Below, one piece after another: positions 27,677-38,387 of a DNA stretch of 64,000 nt (the stretch's first letter is position 1; each line of letters starts with the position of its first letter). The notes under the pieces were generated by a model. The model was not told the origin of the DNA, ran no database searches, and saw only the letters and a list, made by a program, of their open reading frames with translations. This DNA is from Cyanobacteria bacterium SIG28. GTDB taxonomy: Bacteria; Cyanobacteriota; Vampirovibrionia; Gastranaerophilales; Gastranaerophilaceae. The DNA is taken from assembly GCA_015152525.1 (NCBI GenBank), contig SUTU01000006.1, positions 39,986-103,985 of the forward strand, written 5' to 3'. The translations under genes and the position numbers were made by a program.

Positions 27677-29665
27677 TTAACCGTCCAAATCTACTCTTAA
27701 TACTTCATATATATCCATTTTATTAGCTTTACCACGAATTTGAACATCAGAAATTTTTATAACATCGGTAAAGCCTTTAACCTCTTCATAGGTAGTCGGA
27801 CTAATAAGAAGTTTAGTTTTGTATATTTTATTATAACTTTCCAAACGACTTGCAAGGTTAACCGTATCGCCTATAACAGTGTATTCCATACGATTAACTG
27901 AACCAATATTACCTACAAAAACTTCGCCTGTATTAATACCGACACCGATTTCTATTTTAGGTTTTCCTTCTTTTACCCATTTTTTTTGAAGTTCTTTAAC
28001 CCTTTGAAGCATAGCATAGGCACATTTTACTGCATTTTGTGCATGATTTTTATCTTGAATAGGTTCACCAAAAATCGCCATTACTGCATCACCAATAAAC
28101 TTATTAATTACACCATTGTATTTTGTAATTATAGGTTCCATTTCCGTAAAATATTCATTCAAAATTTCAGATACTTGTTGTGCAGTCATTTGTTCACTCA
28201 TTGTCGTAAACCCTCTAATATCAGAGAAAAGAACTGTAACAACAGATTTTTTTCCGCCCAAACCAAGATTATCAATATTTTGAACAACACGTTTCATAAT
28301 ATCTTCTGAAATATATTTTCCCATTGCAGTTTTAACTTTTTCTTTACTTTTGTTTTCAAGTACAAATTTGTGAGTATAAGCAAGAATTGTTGTTAAAACA
28401 AAGAAAATAACAGGTGTTAAAACGTTTATAATAATACCAAAATAGAAACAAATTGAACCCAAAACAAAGTATGCAAAAATTATTAAAAGAGTTGAAAATA
28501 TTGATTTATATAAATCAAAAATTCTTATAAACACATAAACAAAAAACATACCTAAAATTGTAAAAAGAATATTTATCCATTGTGGAATAACAAAAAGAAA
28601 ATCGTTATTCATAATATTATCAATTGCAGTAGCTTGAATATCCACACCGGGATGATTAACTGAAACAGGAGTGTTTTTGTTATCGTTCAAGCCTTCTCCT
28701 GCAGGAACATTTGCACCTATAAGAACAATTTTATCTTTAAAATTTTCAGGAGCTAAAATTGGTTTTTTGCCTTTTTTTATTGCATCATAAGATTCCATAA
28801 CATCTACAGCTGAATAATTTTTGTGAGAATATCCACTATCATATTGGCTATAAAATCTAAGCGGTGTTATTGTTTGATAGTAAGTTTTTCTTTGTCTGAT
28901 TTCATAATCTAAACTCGGGAATTTTATAGCCTTATTCGTTAACACAATTTCCGGATTATTATTTTCAAGCAAAAAAGTTTTCATCGCTAAAGATGGGTAA
29001 AATTGACCTTTATACCTAAAAAGATATTCGTGGTTTCTGTGATTTTCATCAATTGCCCAATTAGCGAGATTTCCGTTAATAAATCCTGGGAACATTGAAA
29101 CAGAACCGATATTTTTTACTGATTCAAAATAAGGTTTTGGAAAAGTCATAAAACTTTGATATGTATCCGGTGTTTTTGAAGTTTTATCAATTAGATTTAT
29201 GCCAAATTTTTGCGAGAAACTCTTATCTAAAATTTCACCTTGTTTTTTATCCCTATAAGATGTTAATTTAGGCATAAAACCAACAATAAGATTATCTAAT
29301 TTTTTCACTGAATTGAAAAATTTAGTATCCGAAGTCGGATTGTCTTTATCTAAAGTTGTTATAATCGCATCATAAACAATAAACTTTGGTTTTGCATGAT
29401 AAAGATAATCAAAAATTTTACAATATGACTCCCTTTTCCAAGGCCAGCGATGTTTTTCAACCGTTTTAGCGTCTATAACTATTAGTACAATATCATCACT
29501 ACCATATATTTTTTTATTTTTGTCAAAAGAAAATTTTTGGGTCAAAAAATTTTTTGTCATAAAATCATAAGCTTTTGGCTCTGCAAGATTATATGATAGA
29601 AAATAAATCACGATGAAAAGAAATATAATAACAAAAGTTGTCAGAATATGTTTAATCTTGTTCAT
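27677..29665 (-). CDS. Membrane-bound class III adenylate/guanylate cyclase with an N-terminal CHASE2-like sensor
   Basis: N-terminal TM helix, a ~330-aa extracytoplasmic region, and a cluster of TM helices. The cyclase domain follows (VTVLFSDIRGFTTMSE, KFIGDAVMAIFG, GVGINTGEVFVGNIGS...YTVIGDTVNLASRLE). Confidence 0.8.
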   Translation of the reverse strand: MNKIKHILTTFVIIFLFIVIYFLSYNLAEPKAYDFMTKNFLTQKFSFDKNKKIYGSDDIVLIVIDAKTVEKHRWPWKRESYCKIFDYLYHAKPKFIVYDAIITTLDKDNPTSDTKFFNSVKKLDNLIVGFMPKLTSYRDKKQGEILDKSFSQKFGINLIDKTSKTPDTYQSFMTFPKPYFESVKNIGSVSMFPGFINGNLANWAIDENHRNHEYLFRYKGQFYPSLAMKTFLLENNNPEIVLTNKAIKFPSLDYEIRQRKTYYQTITPLRFYSQYDSGYSHKNYSAVDVMESYDAIKKGKKPILAPENFKDKIVLIGANVPAGEGLNDNKNTPVSVNHPGVDIQATAIDNIMNNDFLFVIPQWINILFTILGMFFVYVFIRIFDLYKSIFSTLLIIFAYFVLGSICFYFGIIINVLTPVIFFVLTTILAYTHKFVLENKSKEKVKTAMGKYISEDIMKRVVQNIDNLGLGGKKSVVTVLFSDIRGFTTMSEQMTAQQVSEILNEYFTEMEPIITKYNGVINKFIGDAVMAIFGEPIQDKNHAQNAVKCAYAMLQRVKELQKKWVKEGKPKIEIGVGINTGEVFVGNIGSVNRMEYTVIGDTVNLASRLESYNKIYKTKLLISPTTYEEVKGFTDVIKISDVQIRGKANKMDIYEVLRVDLDG

Positions 29666-29735
29666 TTTTCACCCACTCGTTTATAAACTTCCATAATTTA
29701 TGATATAATAAATTATAGGGGAAGGATACATACAA

Positions 29736-30368
29736 ATGAGTGAGAATTACATTAGCAAAATAGCTGAAGATAAAATATATCCGATTATAAGATGTAATGA
29801 TGCGGACGAAGTAATCGAAATTGCAAATGCTTTAATTGATGGCGGAATAAAAATATTAGAAATTAACGTTGAAAATACTTCAATTTACAGTGCAATAAAA
29901 GAAGTGTCAAAGCGTGCTACTGTATGTGCAGGTGGGATTATTACATCTACTCAGGCAGATTATGCTTTTCAAAACGGTGCAAAGCTTTTTGCTTCACCGA
30001 TTTTTCAAATGAATTTAGTAAAAATTTCAAAAAATCTTAGAATTCCTTTTATAGCAGGAACAACTACGGCAAATGAAGCCTATAGCGCTTGGAAGTCAAG
30101 AATTCCTTTAATAAAAATATTTCCTGCAGATGCTATGGGTGGTGTACAGTATATTGAAAATATTCTCAGACAAATGCCATTCTTAAATTTAATGCCAACA
30201 GGTAATGTTAAATTATCTGAAGTAGTTTCATACTTAAAAGCAGGTTCAAAAGCTGTTGGTGTAGGCAGAGATTTTTATCAAGGATTTACGCCAAGAGAAA
30301 TAACTAACAGAACAAAAGAAATTTTAACAGAAGTAAAGGATTATGCTCAATGGATCAACAAAAGATAG
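29736..30368 (+). CDS. eda: KHG/KDPG aldolase
   Basis: 210 aa with IIRCND, LEINVEN, LFASP and IKIFPA motifs typical of Eda. Confidence 0.8.
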   Translation: MSENYISKIAEDKIYPIIRCNDADEVIEIANALIDGGIKILEINVENTSIYSAIKEVSKRATVCAGGIITSTQADYAFQNGAKLFASPIFQMNLVKISKNLRIPFIAGTTTANEAYSAWKSRIPLIKIFPADAMGGVQYIENILRQMPFLNLMPTGNVKLSEVVSYLKAGSKAVGVGRDFYQGFTPREITNRTKEILTEVKDYAQWINKR

Positions 30369-31282
30369 ATATTGCTGTTATTGGTGAATGTTTAATCGAA
30401 TTATCCGCTAATGGTTCATTAGCTGATACTTCTACTTTAAATAAATATTTTGGCGGTGATACTGTTACAACTGCAGTTGCTATAGCAAGATTAGGCGGAA
30501 ACGTTACATATTTAACCAAAGTTGGCAATGATGGATTTAGCGAATTTATTTTATCATCTTTACAAAAAGAAAATATTGATACTTCTTTGATTAAAACTAA
30601 CGAAGAACAAAATGGTATGTATATCGTTTCACACACTTTGGAAAACAAAGAGGTTCTTTATTATAAAAGAAAAACTGCTGCAACCAAACTTTCTATAGAA
30701 GATTTAGACGAAGAAGTGATAAAAAAACTTAAACTGATTTATTCAACAGGTGTTGTACAATCACTATCAGCAAGTTCAAGAGAGTTAATTAGAGAAAGCT
30801 TTAGAATTGCAAAAGAAAATGATGTTTTAACAGCTTATGACCCAAATTACACTTCTTGCTTTATGAATTCCGCTGATACAAAAGAGTATTTTGAAGAAAT
30901 TATTGATTTTACGGATATTGTATTTTTAAGCCTTAAAAATGATGCGGTAAAATTATACGAAATTGATTCGATTGATAAAATAATGAATTACATGTGGGAT
31001 AAAGGCGTTAAAATTGTTGTTATAAAATCTCATATCGATAATGGTTATTATACCGGATATAAAGGCGATGTAAGCTTTACAGAGTTTTATAACACACAAA
31101 GAGCTATTGATATAACAGCTTCCGGTGATGTATTTAACGGTGCGTTTTTACAAGCTTTAACAAATGGTTATGCACCTGCTGATGCCGCTAAATTTGCAGC
31201 TGTTGTTTCAGGATTACAAACTCAAAACTATGGCGCTATTCAGGCTATTCCTTACAAAGATACCGTAATGGAGATTATTTAA
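30350..31282 (+). CDS. kdgK: 2-dehydro-3-deoxygluconokinase-like PfkB sugar kinase
   Basis: PfkB motifs (FGGDTVTTA, ASGDVFNGAF). Overlaps eda by 19 nt, the typical eda-kdgK pairing. Confidence 0.7.
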   Translation: MDQQKIDIAVIGECLIELSANGSLADTSTLNKYFGGDTVTTAVAIARLGGNVTYLTKVGNDGFSEFILSSLQKENIDTSLIKTNEEQNGMYIVSHTLENKEVLYYKRKTAATKLSIEDLDEEVIKKLKLIYSTGVVQSLSASSRELIRESFRIAKENDVLTAYDPNYTSCFMNSADTKEYFEEIIDFTDIVFLSLKNDAVKLYEIDSIDKIMNYMWDKGVKIVVIKSHIDNGYYTGYKGDVSFTEFYNTQRAIDITASGDVFNGAFLQALTNGYAPADAAKFAAVVSGLQTQNYGAIQAIPYKDTVMEII

Positions 31283-32259
31283 TGACAAAATATGTCGTTT
31301 CCGGTTATATTGGATTTGATAATTTTGGTGATGAAGCTATTGCAGGAGTTCTTGTTGAATATTTAAAAAGTATTGGTGCCGAAAAAATAACTTTAATTTC
31401 TGCAAATCCCTCAAAAACTTCTAAAATATACGGTGTTGAGTCTTGCAAAATGTTAGATTTTTTTAAATCAATTCTGGAGTCCGATGTATTAATATCCGGT
31501 GGTGGAAGTCTTTTACAAGATATTACAAGTTTAAAAAGTTTATTGTATTATCTTGTTATTATTATGAGCGCAATTGCTTTTAATAAAAAAGTGATAATTT
31601 TTGCACAAGGTTTTACTCCTTTTAGAACTAAAATCGGAAAATTTTTAACGAAATTTGTACTCAAAAAATGTGATATAATTTCGGTTCGAGATTTAAAATC
31701 TGCTGAAATTCTTAATAAAATGGGAATAAAATCTACTCTATGTACTGACCCTGTTTTTGGTATGAATATTTTAAAATCACCAAAACCGCAAGGTGTTGGA
31801 ATTCAACTGAGAAGCTTTCCAACTTTAACAGATAATTTTTTAGAATGTTTGGCTGATAATATCGCTCAAAAGTTTCCGGATAAATGTGTAAAACTTATTT
31901 CTTTACAAGATTCTCTGGATTTAGTAGTTATTCAAAAATTTTCTCAAATGCTAAAAATTAGAAACATTGAATTTGAAATTATTAAAAATTTAAATGTTAA
32001 AGATGCTATTTTTGAGTTATCAAATCTGGAATATCTCATCGGAATGCGTTTTCATGCTTGTTTAGTTGCAGCTAAAGCGGGTGTAAAAGTTATCGGAATA
32101 AATTATGATATTAAAGTTCATAACCTTGCCATTCAAGTAGGTTTTCCAATTATAGGACTTTTAGAATGTGATATTAACACTGAAATAAATAAACTTTTTG
32201 AACTAAATCCAAATAACTATCAAATTCCAACATTTAATTTTGACAATATTATCCAATAA
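31282..32259 (+). CDS. csaB: Polysaccharide pyruvyl transferase, CsaB-like
   Basis: VSGYIGFDNFGDEAI, GGGSLLQDITS and GMRFHA motifs. Its start overlaps the kdgK stop (TAATG). Confidence 0.7.
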   Translation: MTKYVVSGYIGFDNFGDEAIAGVLVEYLKSIGAEKITLISANPSKTSKIYGVESCKMLDFFKSILESDVLISGGGSLLQDITSLKSLLYYLVIIMSAIAFNKKVIIFAQGFTPFRTKIGKFLTKFVLKKCDIISVRDLKSAEILNKMGIKSTLCTDPVFGMNILKSPKPQGVGIQLRSFPTLTDNFLECLADNIAQKFPDKCVKLISLQDSLDLVVIQKFSQMLKIRNIEFEIIKNLNVKDAIFELSNLEYLIGMRFHACLVAAKAGVKVIGINYDIKVHNLAIQVGFPIIGLLECDINTEINKLFELNPNNYQIPTFNFDNIIQ

Positions 32260-32352
32260 GATTATCCGCCTGTTTATTGTTTTCTTTGTTATGATTTTAT
32301 TTAATATTTAATGAACTTAAATCAGATACAAATATTGAAAAAGGAGTTTATT

Positions 32353-32859
32353 ATGTTAGAAGAAGAAACTACAAAACATCATTGGCTAAGAATAGGTGCA
32401 ATCGCTTTAGTAACTTTTATTATGGCTTTTTTAGCGTTTTATATTGTTATGGAAATAATGCTAAATAGAATGGCAGATCCGGAATATAATGCAAAGCGTC
32501 TTGAGAGATTGGTTAAACAACAACAAAAAGAATTTAGAAAAATGGAAAACGGCATGCTTATCGAAAATCCTTTTGAGCCTAAAATGCGTCCGATGATAGT
32601 AAATTTGGTTAAAGAAACTAATGAGTATAAAGTTATTGTTGATTTAAAACCATTAGAAGGTAACGAAAACGGAGTTGATGTAAATATTAAAGACAATATC
32701 GTATCTGTAACCGGAAAAATCGATAAAAAAACTTTTTCCGGTGAAAAAATTGTAAGTTTTGCACAAGAATATTATCTTGATGAAAAAATTGAAACAGATA
32801 AAATCACTAAAGAGAAAAAAGGTGATAAATATATTATCACGATACCCTATGAAGATTAG
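32353..32859 (+). CDS. Hsp20/alpha-crystallin family protein with an N-terminal transmembrane helix
   Basis: I prefer the ATG at 32353, which has AAGGAG 6 nt upstream. TM segment IGAIALVTFIMAFLAFYIVMEIM, then an ACD-like YKVIVDLKPLEG..VDVNIKDNIVSVTGK...ITIPY. Confidence 0.65.
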   Translation: MLEEETTKHHWLRIGAIALVTFIMAFLAFYIVMEIMLNRMADPEYNAKRLERLVKQQQKEFRKMENGMLIENPFEPKMRPMIVNLVKETNEYKVIVDLKPLEGNENGVDVNIKDNIVSVTGKIDKKTFSGEKIVSFAQEYYLDEKIETDKITKEKKGDKYIITIPYED

Positions 32860-32880
32860 GATTTAGATATTTTTCAATGA

Positions 32881-32918
32881 AAAAAAAGAGAATGTTCTTA
32901 TAACATTCTCTTTTTTTT
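32881..32918. terminator. Bidirectional terminator between the hsp20-like gene (+) and ftsZ (-)
   Basis: A7-GAGAATGTT-CTTAT-AACATTCTC-T8. Confidence 0.8.
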
Positions 32919-32935
32919 ATTAGTATTATATTTTT

Positions 32936-34138
32936 CTATTTTCTTAAGAAATCAGGAATTTGGATTTCTGAAAAAGATTGAACTGTTGGTCCCTTTGGTG
33001 CAGCAGTATTGTTAAATGCTCCACTAAAGAATTCTGCAGCACTGATTGAACGGTTTTCAACTTTTTGTTCAATAGGCATTTGTGAACGTAATTCAAAACC
33101 TGTTGCAATAACAGTTATTTGAATTTCGCCTTGAATATTGTCATCCACAACAGCACCAATAATAACTCTTGCATCATCTAAAACTGCATCATTGATGATA
33201 TTTGTTGCATCAGTAACTTCATGTAATGTCATATCAGGACCACCTGTAATATTAACAATTACACCACTTGCACCATTAATTGATGTTTCAAGTAATTGAG
33301 AATTGATAGCAATTTTAGCAGCTTCTACTGCTCTGCCTTCACCTGTACCTCTACCAATACCCATTAATGCTGAGCCTGAAGCTTGCATTACAGATTTAAC
33401 GTCCGCAAAGTCAACGTTAATCAAACCAGGAATTGTAATGATATCAGAAATACCTTGAACACCTCTTAAAAGAACTTCATCAACTACGATGAATGATTCT
33501 TGAAGTGATACACGTCTGTCTACAACATCTAATAATTTATCGTTAGGAATAACAATTAAAGCATCAACAGATTCTCTAAGTTTTTCCAAGCCTTGTTGTG
33601 CTTGGTTTTGTCTTCTCTTACCTTCAAAAGAGAAAGGTTTTGTAACAACACCAATTGTTAAAATTCCTAAATCTTTAGCAATTTTAGCAACTATAGGAGC
33701 AGCACCTGTACCTGTTCCACCACCCATGCCAGCAGTTACGAACACCATATCAGCGCCTTCTATAGCTTGTGTAATTTCTTGTTGTGCTTCTTCAGCAGCT
33801 TTTTCACCAACTTGAGGCTCACCACCGGCACCAAGTCCGTTTGTTAATTTTGCACCAAGTTGAATTTTATTTTTACATAATGATGTATTCAAAATCTGTA
33901 AATCAGTGTTCATTAACCAGAATTCAACACCTGTCAAACCTGATTTAATCATTCTGTTAACAGCGTTTCCGCCACCGCCACCTACGCCGACAACTTTGAT
34001 TTTAGCTGGGCTAATTCCGGGTGCCGGAGCTGGTTGTGCAACATTGTCAGAAGATGAAAACATGCCATAAACCATATCGTTAGTATTAGCTTGATTTCCT
34101 TCTCTATTTCCAAAAATATCAGGTCCTAAATTATCCAC
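32936..34138 (-). CDS. ftsZ: Cell division protein FtsZ
   Basis: [27 protein letters not shown] and NVDFADV motifs. Confidence 0.95.
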   Translation of the reverse strand: MDNLGPDIFGNREGNQANTNDMVYGMFSSSDNVAQPAPAPGISPAKIKVVGVGGGGGNAVNRMIKSGLTGVEFWLMNTDLQILNTSLCKNKIQLGAKLTNGLGAGGEPQVGEKAAEEAQQEITQAIEGADMVFVTAGMGGGTGTGAAPIVAKIAKDLGILTIGVVTKPFSFEGKRRQNQAQQGLEKLRESVDALIVIPNDKLLDVVDRRVSLQESFIVVDEVLLRGVQGISDIITIPGLINVDFADVKSVMQASGSALMGIGRGTGEGRAVEAAKIAINSQLLETSINGASGVIVNITGGPDMTLHEVTDATNIINDAVLDDARVIIGAVVDDNIQGEIQITVIATGFELRSQMPIEQKVENRSISAAEFFSGAFNNTAAPKGPTVQSFSEIQIPDFLRK

Positions 34139-34415
34139 GATTTTTCCTCTTTTTTCATAACTACACTATTAATAATATACTAACATACTATTTTAAATAG
34201 AAAAAATTGTAAAGTTTTTTAGATGAATTTTTGCAAGTTTGTTAAGATAAATTTACATGATGTTTTACGTTTTTTTTAAAAATAGAGATTGGTTTATCCG
34301 TTTACCCTAGGTATAAAAAATCTCCAACTAAAGTATAAGATTTGTAAAAAAAATTAAAGTTTTAAAAAATTATGCCGTTATATAGAATATAAGACATTAA
34401 AAAAGTAGGTAGAAA

Positions 34416-35783
34416 ATGGTTGATAAAGAAGAATTGGGCGCATCACTTTTTAGCAGAACACTGGATGTTATGGAAAACGATCCGCTTGAAGAAATTTTTG
34501 CTTTAAATATGGGCGATTTTGTTTCAGAATTTTTGATTTCGGAAGAATTAGCAAACAAAGTCGGTAAAAGCGCTAAAGATAAAACATCTCGTCTAAAATC
34601 ACAATTAAAAGAACTTGTTTCAATATATTCATTAGATAACACTTTATGTGTTCTCGGATTTGATTCAAAAGATGAGTATGTTGTTTACAACTCTATTGCC
34701 AAAACTCTAACTCAAATTTTAGATGTTGACGCATGCCATATTTACCTTACCAATGATTTTACCAGAGGGTTAAATTTTGATAATAAGTTTTTAGGTTTAG
34801 TAGGTTCATCAATAGATTTTGATGAAGATATCTATTCTAAAAAGCTTGGTTATTCTCAGGATGACAAATCTATTGTTGTAAAAGCGTTTAATACTCTTGA
34901 AAAAGTTCAAATAAAAGATATTTCTGCTATAGATAATTTTGTTCCTAAATATGAATTAAGGGAATTTGATGTTAAATCATTAGCTGTAGTTCCAATGCAT
35001 AACAACGCTTATGTTGTTGGTGTTATTGTTATTGAAAACTACAAAGAAAAAACAATCAAAAAAGCTTATATGAATCTTTTAGAAACAATAGCAAGATTAT
35101 TCGGCACATCTATGCACTTGCAAAAAGCTGTAGAACAGGCTGAAGAATTGATTGATAATGAGTCAATATTCCCTGAAGAATTACAGCATATGCGTGCAGA
35201 ATTAACAGCACTTATCGGTGATTTAGGTGCTCACCAACAAGCATTTGTAGAAAGACTGGCTAAAGCTGTTGACGAAAAAGGTCAATACAAAGTTGCTCAT
35301 TCACAAAGAACAGCTGAACTATCAAGAAAACTTTGCAGACAAATCGGCTTGAATGAAAAAACAACAGATTTGGTTTACTATGCAGGTTTATTACAAAATA
35401 TCGGTAAAATTACATTACCTGAATCATTGTTTACTAATAAAGGTAAACTTTCAAAAGAAGAATGGGAAAAATTACAAAACCACCCGAATGTTGGCGTAAA
35501 CTTGTTAATGAATATAAATTTCTTGTCAGAAGTTATTCCGTATATTCATTATCACAAAGAACGTTGGGATGGCTGTGGTGAACCGGAAGGTTTAAAAGGA
35601 AATTCAATTCCGTTTGGTTCAAGAATTATTGCTGTTGCAGATGCATACACCGCAATGACTTCCGAACGTTCATACAGAGAAGCTATGTCTAAAACCGATG
35701 CTTTGGAAATAATGAAACAAGAAGCTTCCGTAAAATGGGATCCGGATGTAGTTAACGCTCTATTCGAAGTTATTCAAGAATAA
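34416..35783 (+). CDS. GAF-domain / HD-GYP-type phosphohydrolase with a degenerate GYP motif
   Basis: The C-terminal HD domain shows HSQRTA, HYHKERWDGCGEPEGLKG and IIAVADAYTAMTSERSYR. GEP replaces GYP. Confidence 0.7.
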   Translation: MVDKEELGASLFSRTLDVMENDPLEEIFALNMGDFVSEFLISEELANKVGKSAKDKTSRLKSQLKELVSIYSLDNTLCVLGFDSKDEYVVYNSIAKTLTQILDVDACHIYLTNDFTRGLNFDNKFLGLVGSSIDFDEDIYSKKLGYSQDDKSIVVKAFNTLEKVQIKDISAIDNFVPKYELREFDVKSLAVVPMHNNAYVVGVIVIENYKEKTIKKAYMNLLETIARLFGTSMHLQKAVEQAEELIDNESIFPEELQHMRAELTALIGDLGAHQQAFVERLAKAVDEKGQYKVAHSQRTAELSRKLCRQIGLNEKTTDLVYYAGLLQNIGKITLPESLFTNKGKLSKEEWEKLQNHPNVGVNLLMNINFLSEVIPYIHYHKERWDGCGEPEGLKGNSIPFGSRIIAVADAYTAMTSERSYREAMSKTDALEIMKQEASVKWDPDVVNALFEVIQE

Positions 35784-35795
35784 CAATTAATTATA

Positions 35796-36404
35796 TTATT
35801 CGACTTTATAGCTGTAGTTTGGTTTATCTTCATTAAGATGCTTAAAACTCATAACGAATTGTTGTCCGGCTTTAATCTCAATTTCTTTACCTTTACTCGC
35901 ATAAGATAGAGGTGTTTTTTCATAAACAGAAACCGCCACAGATTTTGCTCTGTTTCCTTGTTCATTTTTTATCAAACCTTCTGTTACTGCAATTCCGGGG
36001 CCGAAAAATCCATCCAAAACTTGGTTGCCGACAAAGATTGCACCATTTTTAGCAATAGTTTTTGCATCTAAATCTGATAAGGAACTGTATTTACCTGCAA
36101 AATCTTGTTTTATTTGATAGTTAATTTGGCTTTTGACATCATAATAATATATTGGTGTGAAAACAAAAGAAGCGTTGCGCTTTAATCTTTTGGGGTCAGT
36201 AACATTATCAATTCTACCTTCTATTATTGAACCATGGTTTACAGAAAATCCGTTTTTTGTAACAAAATCTTCTATAACCTTTACTTTCCAAGTTTTAGGC
36301 GGGTTAGTTGTCGAAAAACTGCTTAAAGCCTCAACTTTAACATTTTTAGCAAAAACCGGTTGTAAGGTTAAAGATAAACATATTAGCAACAAAACTCTTT
36401 TCAT
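35796..36404 (-). CDS. Secreted hypothetical protein (202 aa)
   Basis: Signal peptide MKRVLLLICLSLTLQPVFA. No recognised motifs. Confidence 0.5.
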   Translation of the reverse strand: MKRVLLLICLSLTLQPVFAKNVKVEALSSFSTTNPPKTWKVKVIEDFVTKNGFSVNHGSIIEGRIDNVTDPKRLKRNASFVFTPIYYYDVKSQINYQIKQDFAGKYSSLSDLDAKTIAKNGAIFVGNQVLDGFFGPGIAVTEGLIKNEQGNRAKSVAVSVYEKTPLSYASKGKEIEIKAGQQFVMSFKHLNEDKPNYSYKVE

Positions 36405-36568
36405 TCGTATAAACTCCTTAATAAATCCATAGCAAAATGTTACTTTTAAATATATTATAAATCAAATTCATAAATAATCTTTTTTGTAAATTTTTTAGCA
36501 AAAATTTTTTCTCTAAAAAATTTTTTGATATAATGATAAATTGAATAGAGTTTTATGAAGGAGAAAAG

Positions 36569-38242
36569 ATGAGAAAGCGTGATACAAACGTATTATCAAT
36601 ACTTGAAGATAAGACGAATGACTATGCTCGTAAAACAGCTTTAGGAATGAAAACTATTTTTGGCTGGAGAGAACTTACATACGATGGTTTAGGCTTAATG
36701 GCAAGAAGGCTTGCTTCATATTTAATGAATGATTTGGAAATACAAAAAGAAGAAAAAATGGCAATTCTTTCCGAGTCAAAACCTGAATTTGGTGTTTGTG
36801 TTTTAGCTTCTGTTATTTCCGGCATGATAACCGTTCCGTTGGATATTAAACTTACAATATATGAATTGACTTCAATCCTGACAGACTGTCAACCTTCAGT
36901 ATTGCTTGTTTCTCAAACATATATTGATAAAGCTTTGGAGTTACAAAAAGCAATTCCTTCGCTTAAACATATTATTGTGATGGATGAACAGCCTGTTTCT
37001 AATGGTTTACAGACTCTTTACACATTGCCGGCAAATTATCAATGCAAATGGCGTCATCGTTCAAGAAAATCAACAGCGTTAATTATATATACATCCGGTA
37101 CTACCGGTGCACCTAAAGGTGTAATGACATCTTTTGGCAACATTTTAGCGCAATTAAAAGATTTGAACACGGTAATGCGACCAATATTTACCGCAAAAGA
37201 TACAAGAATTTTATCAATTCTTCCGATGAACCACCTTTTTGAATTGACAGTTGGCTTTACGACTTTCTTAAATATGGGATTTTCGGTTTATTATACACAA
37301 AGTTTAAAACCGAAGGATTGTTTGAATATGATTAAAGACAGAAAAATTCATTTTATGATTTCTGTTCCTGCATTTTTAAGACTTCTAAAAACAACTTTGG
37401 AAGCTGAAATGAGAAATGCACCAAAATTCTATAGATTTATGTTTAAAATAAACTATCATTATGTGGCAAAATTTTTACCGTTCAGATGGGTAAAAAAACT
37501 TTTATTCAGAAGACTACATAACTGTTTTGGCGGTCATTTCAGAAGCTTTATGTCAGGTGGTGCACCTTATGATTTCGAAACAGCTAAATTCTTTAGAAGA
37601 ATAGGTATCGAAGTTTTTGAAGGTTATGGTTTGACAGAAACAAGTCCGGTTGCCTCCTTCAATTGCGGTTGGAACAGGGATTTACGTTCTGTTGGTAAAT
37701 TATTGCCGGGATTTGATGCCAAAATCGATAAAGAAACCGGTGAGTTACTGTTAAAAGGTCCTTCAATCATGAAAGGATACCATAATCAACCTGAACTAAC
37801 TGCAGAAGCTATTGATTCTGAAGGTTGGTTCCATACGGGTGATAAAGCAAGACTTGAAGGCAGAAATGTTTATATTACCGGTCGTTTGAAAAATATGATA
37901 GTTTTATCCGGTGGTAAAAAAGTATTTCCTGAGGAAGTTGAAGCCGTTCTTGAAAAAAGCGATATGTTCTCTGAGCTTTGCGTTTTTGGTATGGAATGTA
38001 AGGGCGGTGCAAAAGAAGGGACAGAAGATATTGCCGTAGTGGTTGTTCCTAAGGAACACTTGCGTGAACAATATTCAGAAGAAGAACTTGTTAAACTATC
38101 AAGAGCAGAAGTTAAAAAACTTTCTCAAAAACTTGCGCCATACAAGCGTCCGATTAATGTTATAGTTACAGATAAAACTTTACCAAGAACCGCAACCAGA
38201 AAAATTCAACGTAAAAAGGTTAAAGAATTGGTTCTTGCATAA
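36569..38242 (+). CDS. AMP-dependent synthetase / long-chain-fatty-acid--CoA ligase
   Basis: IIYTSGTTGAPKGVM, YGLTET, GWFHTGD and TATRKIQRK motifs. Confidence 0.85.
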   Translation: MRKRDTNVLSILEDKTNDYARKTALGMKTIFGWRELTYDGLGLMARRLASYLMNDLEIQKEEKMAILSESKPEFGVCVLASVISGMITVPLDIKLTIYELTSILTDCQPSVLLVSQTYIDKALELQKAIPSLKHIIVMDEQPVSNGLQTLYTLPANYQCKWRHRSRKSTALIIYTSGTTGAPKGVMTSFGNILAQLKDLNTVMRPIFTAKDTRILSILPMNHLFELTVGFTTFLNMGFSVYYTQSLKPKDCLNMIKDRKIHFMISVPAFLRLLKTTLEAEMRNAPKFYRFMFKINYHYVAKFLPFRWVKKLLFRRLHNCFGGHFRSFMSGGAPYDFETAKFFRRIGIEVFEGYGLTETSPVASFNCGWNRDLRSVGKLLPGFDAKIDKETGELLLKGPSIMKGYHNQPELTAEAIDSEGWFHTGDKARLEGRNVYITGRLKNMIVLSGGKKVFPEEVEAVLEKSDMFSELCVFGMECKGGAKEGTEDIAVVVVPKEHLREQYSEEELVKLSRAEVKKLSQKLAPYKRPINVIVTDKTLPRTATRKIQRKKVKELVLA

Positions 38243-38257
38243 ATGGATTAAATAAAA

Positions 38258-38292
38258 AATAAGATTTGCTTAACTGCAAATCTTATTTTTTT
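38258..38292 (+). terminator. Rho-independent terminator
   Basis: AATAAGATTTGC-TTAAC-TGCAAATCTTATT followed by a T-run. Confidence 0.75.
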
Positions 38293-38387
38293 ATAAAATA
38301 AATTTACTATTTTTTACATTACAAAATCTTGAAATCGAACTTTGTAAATGATAAACTCTATTCTAGAAGAGAGAAAAGGAGTAAATT

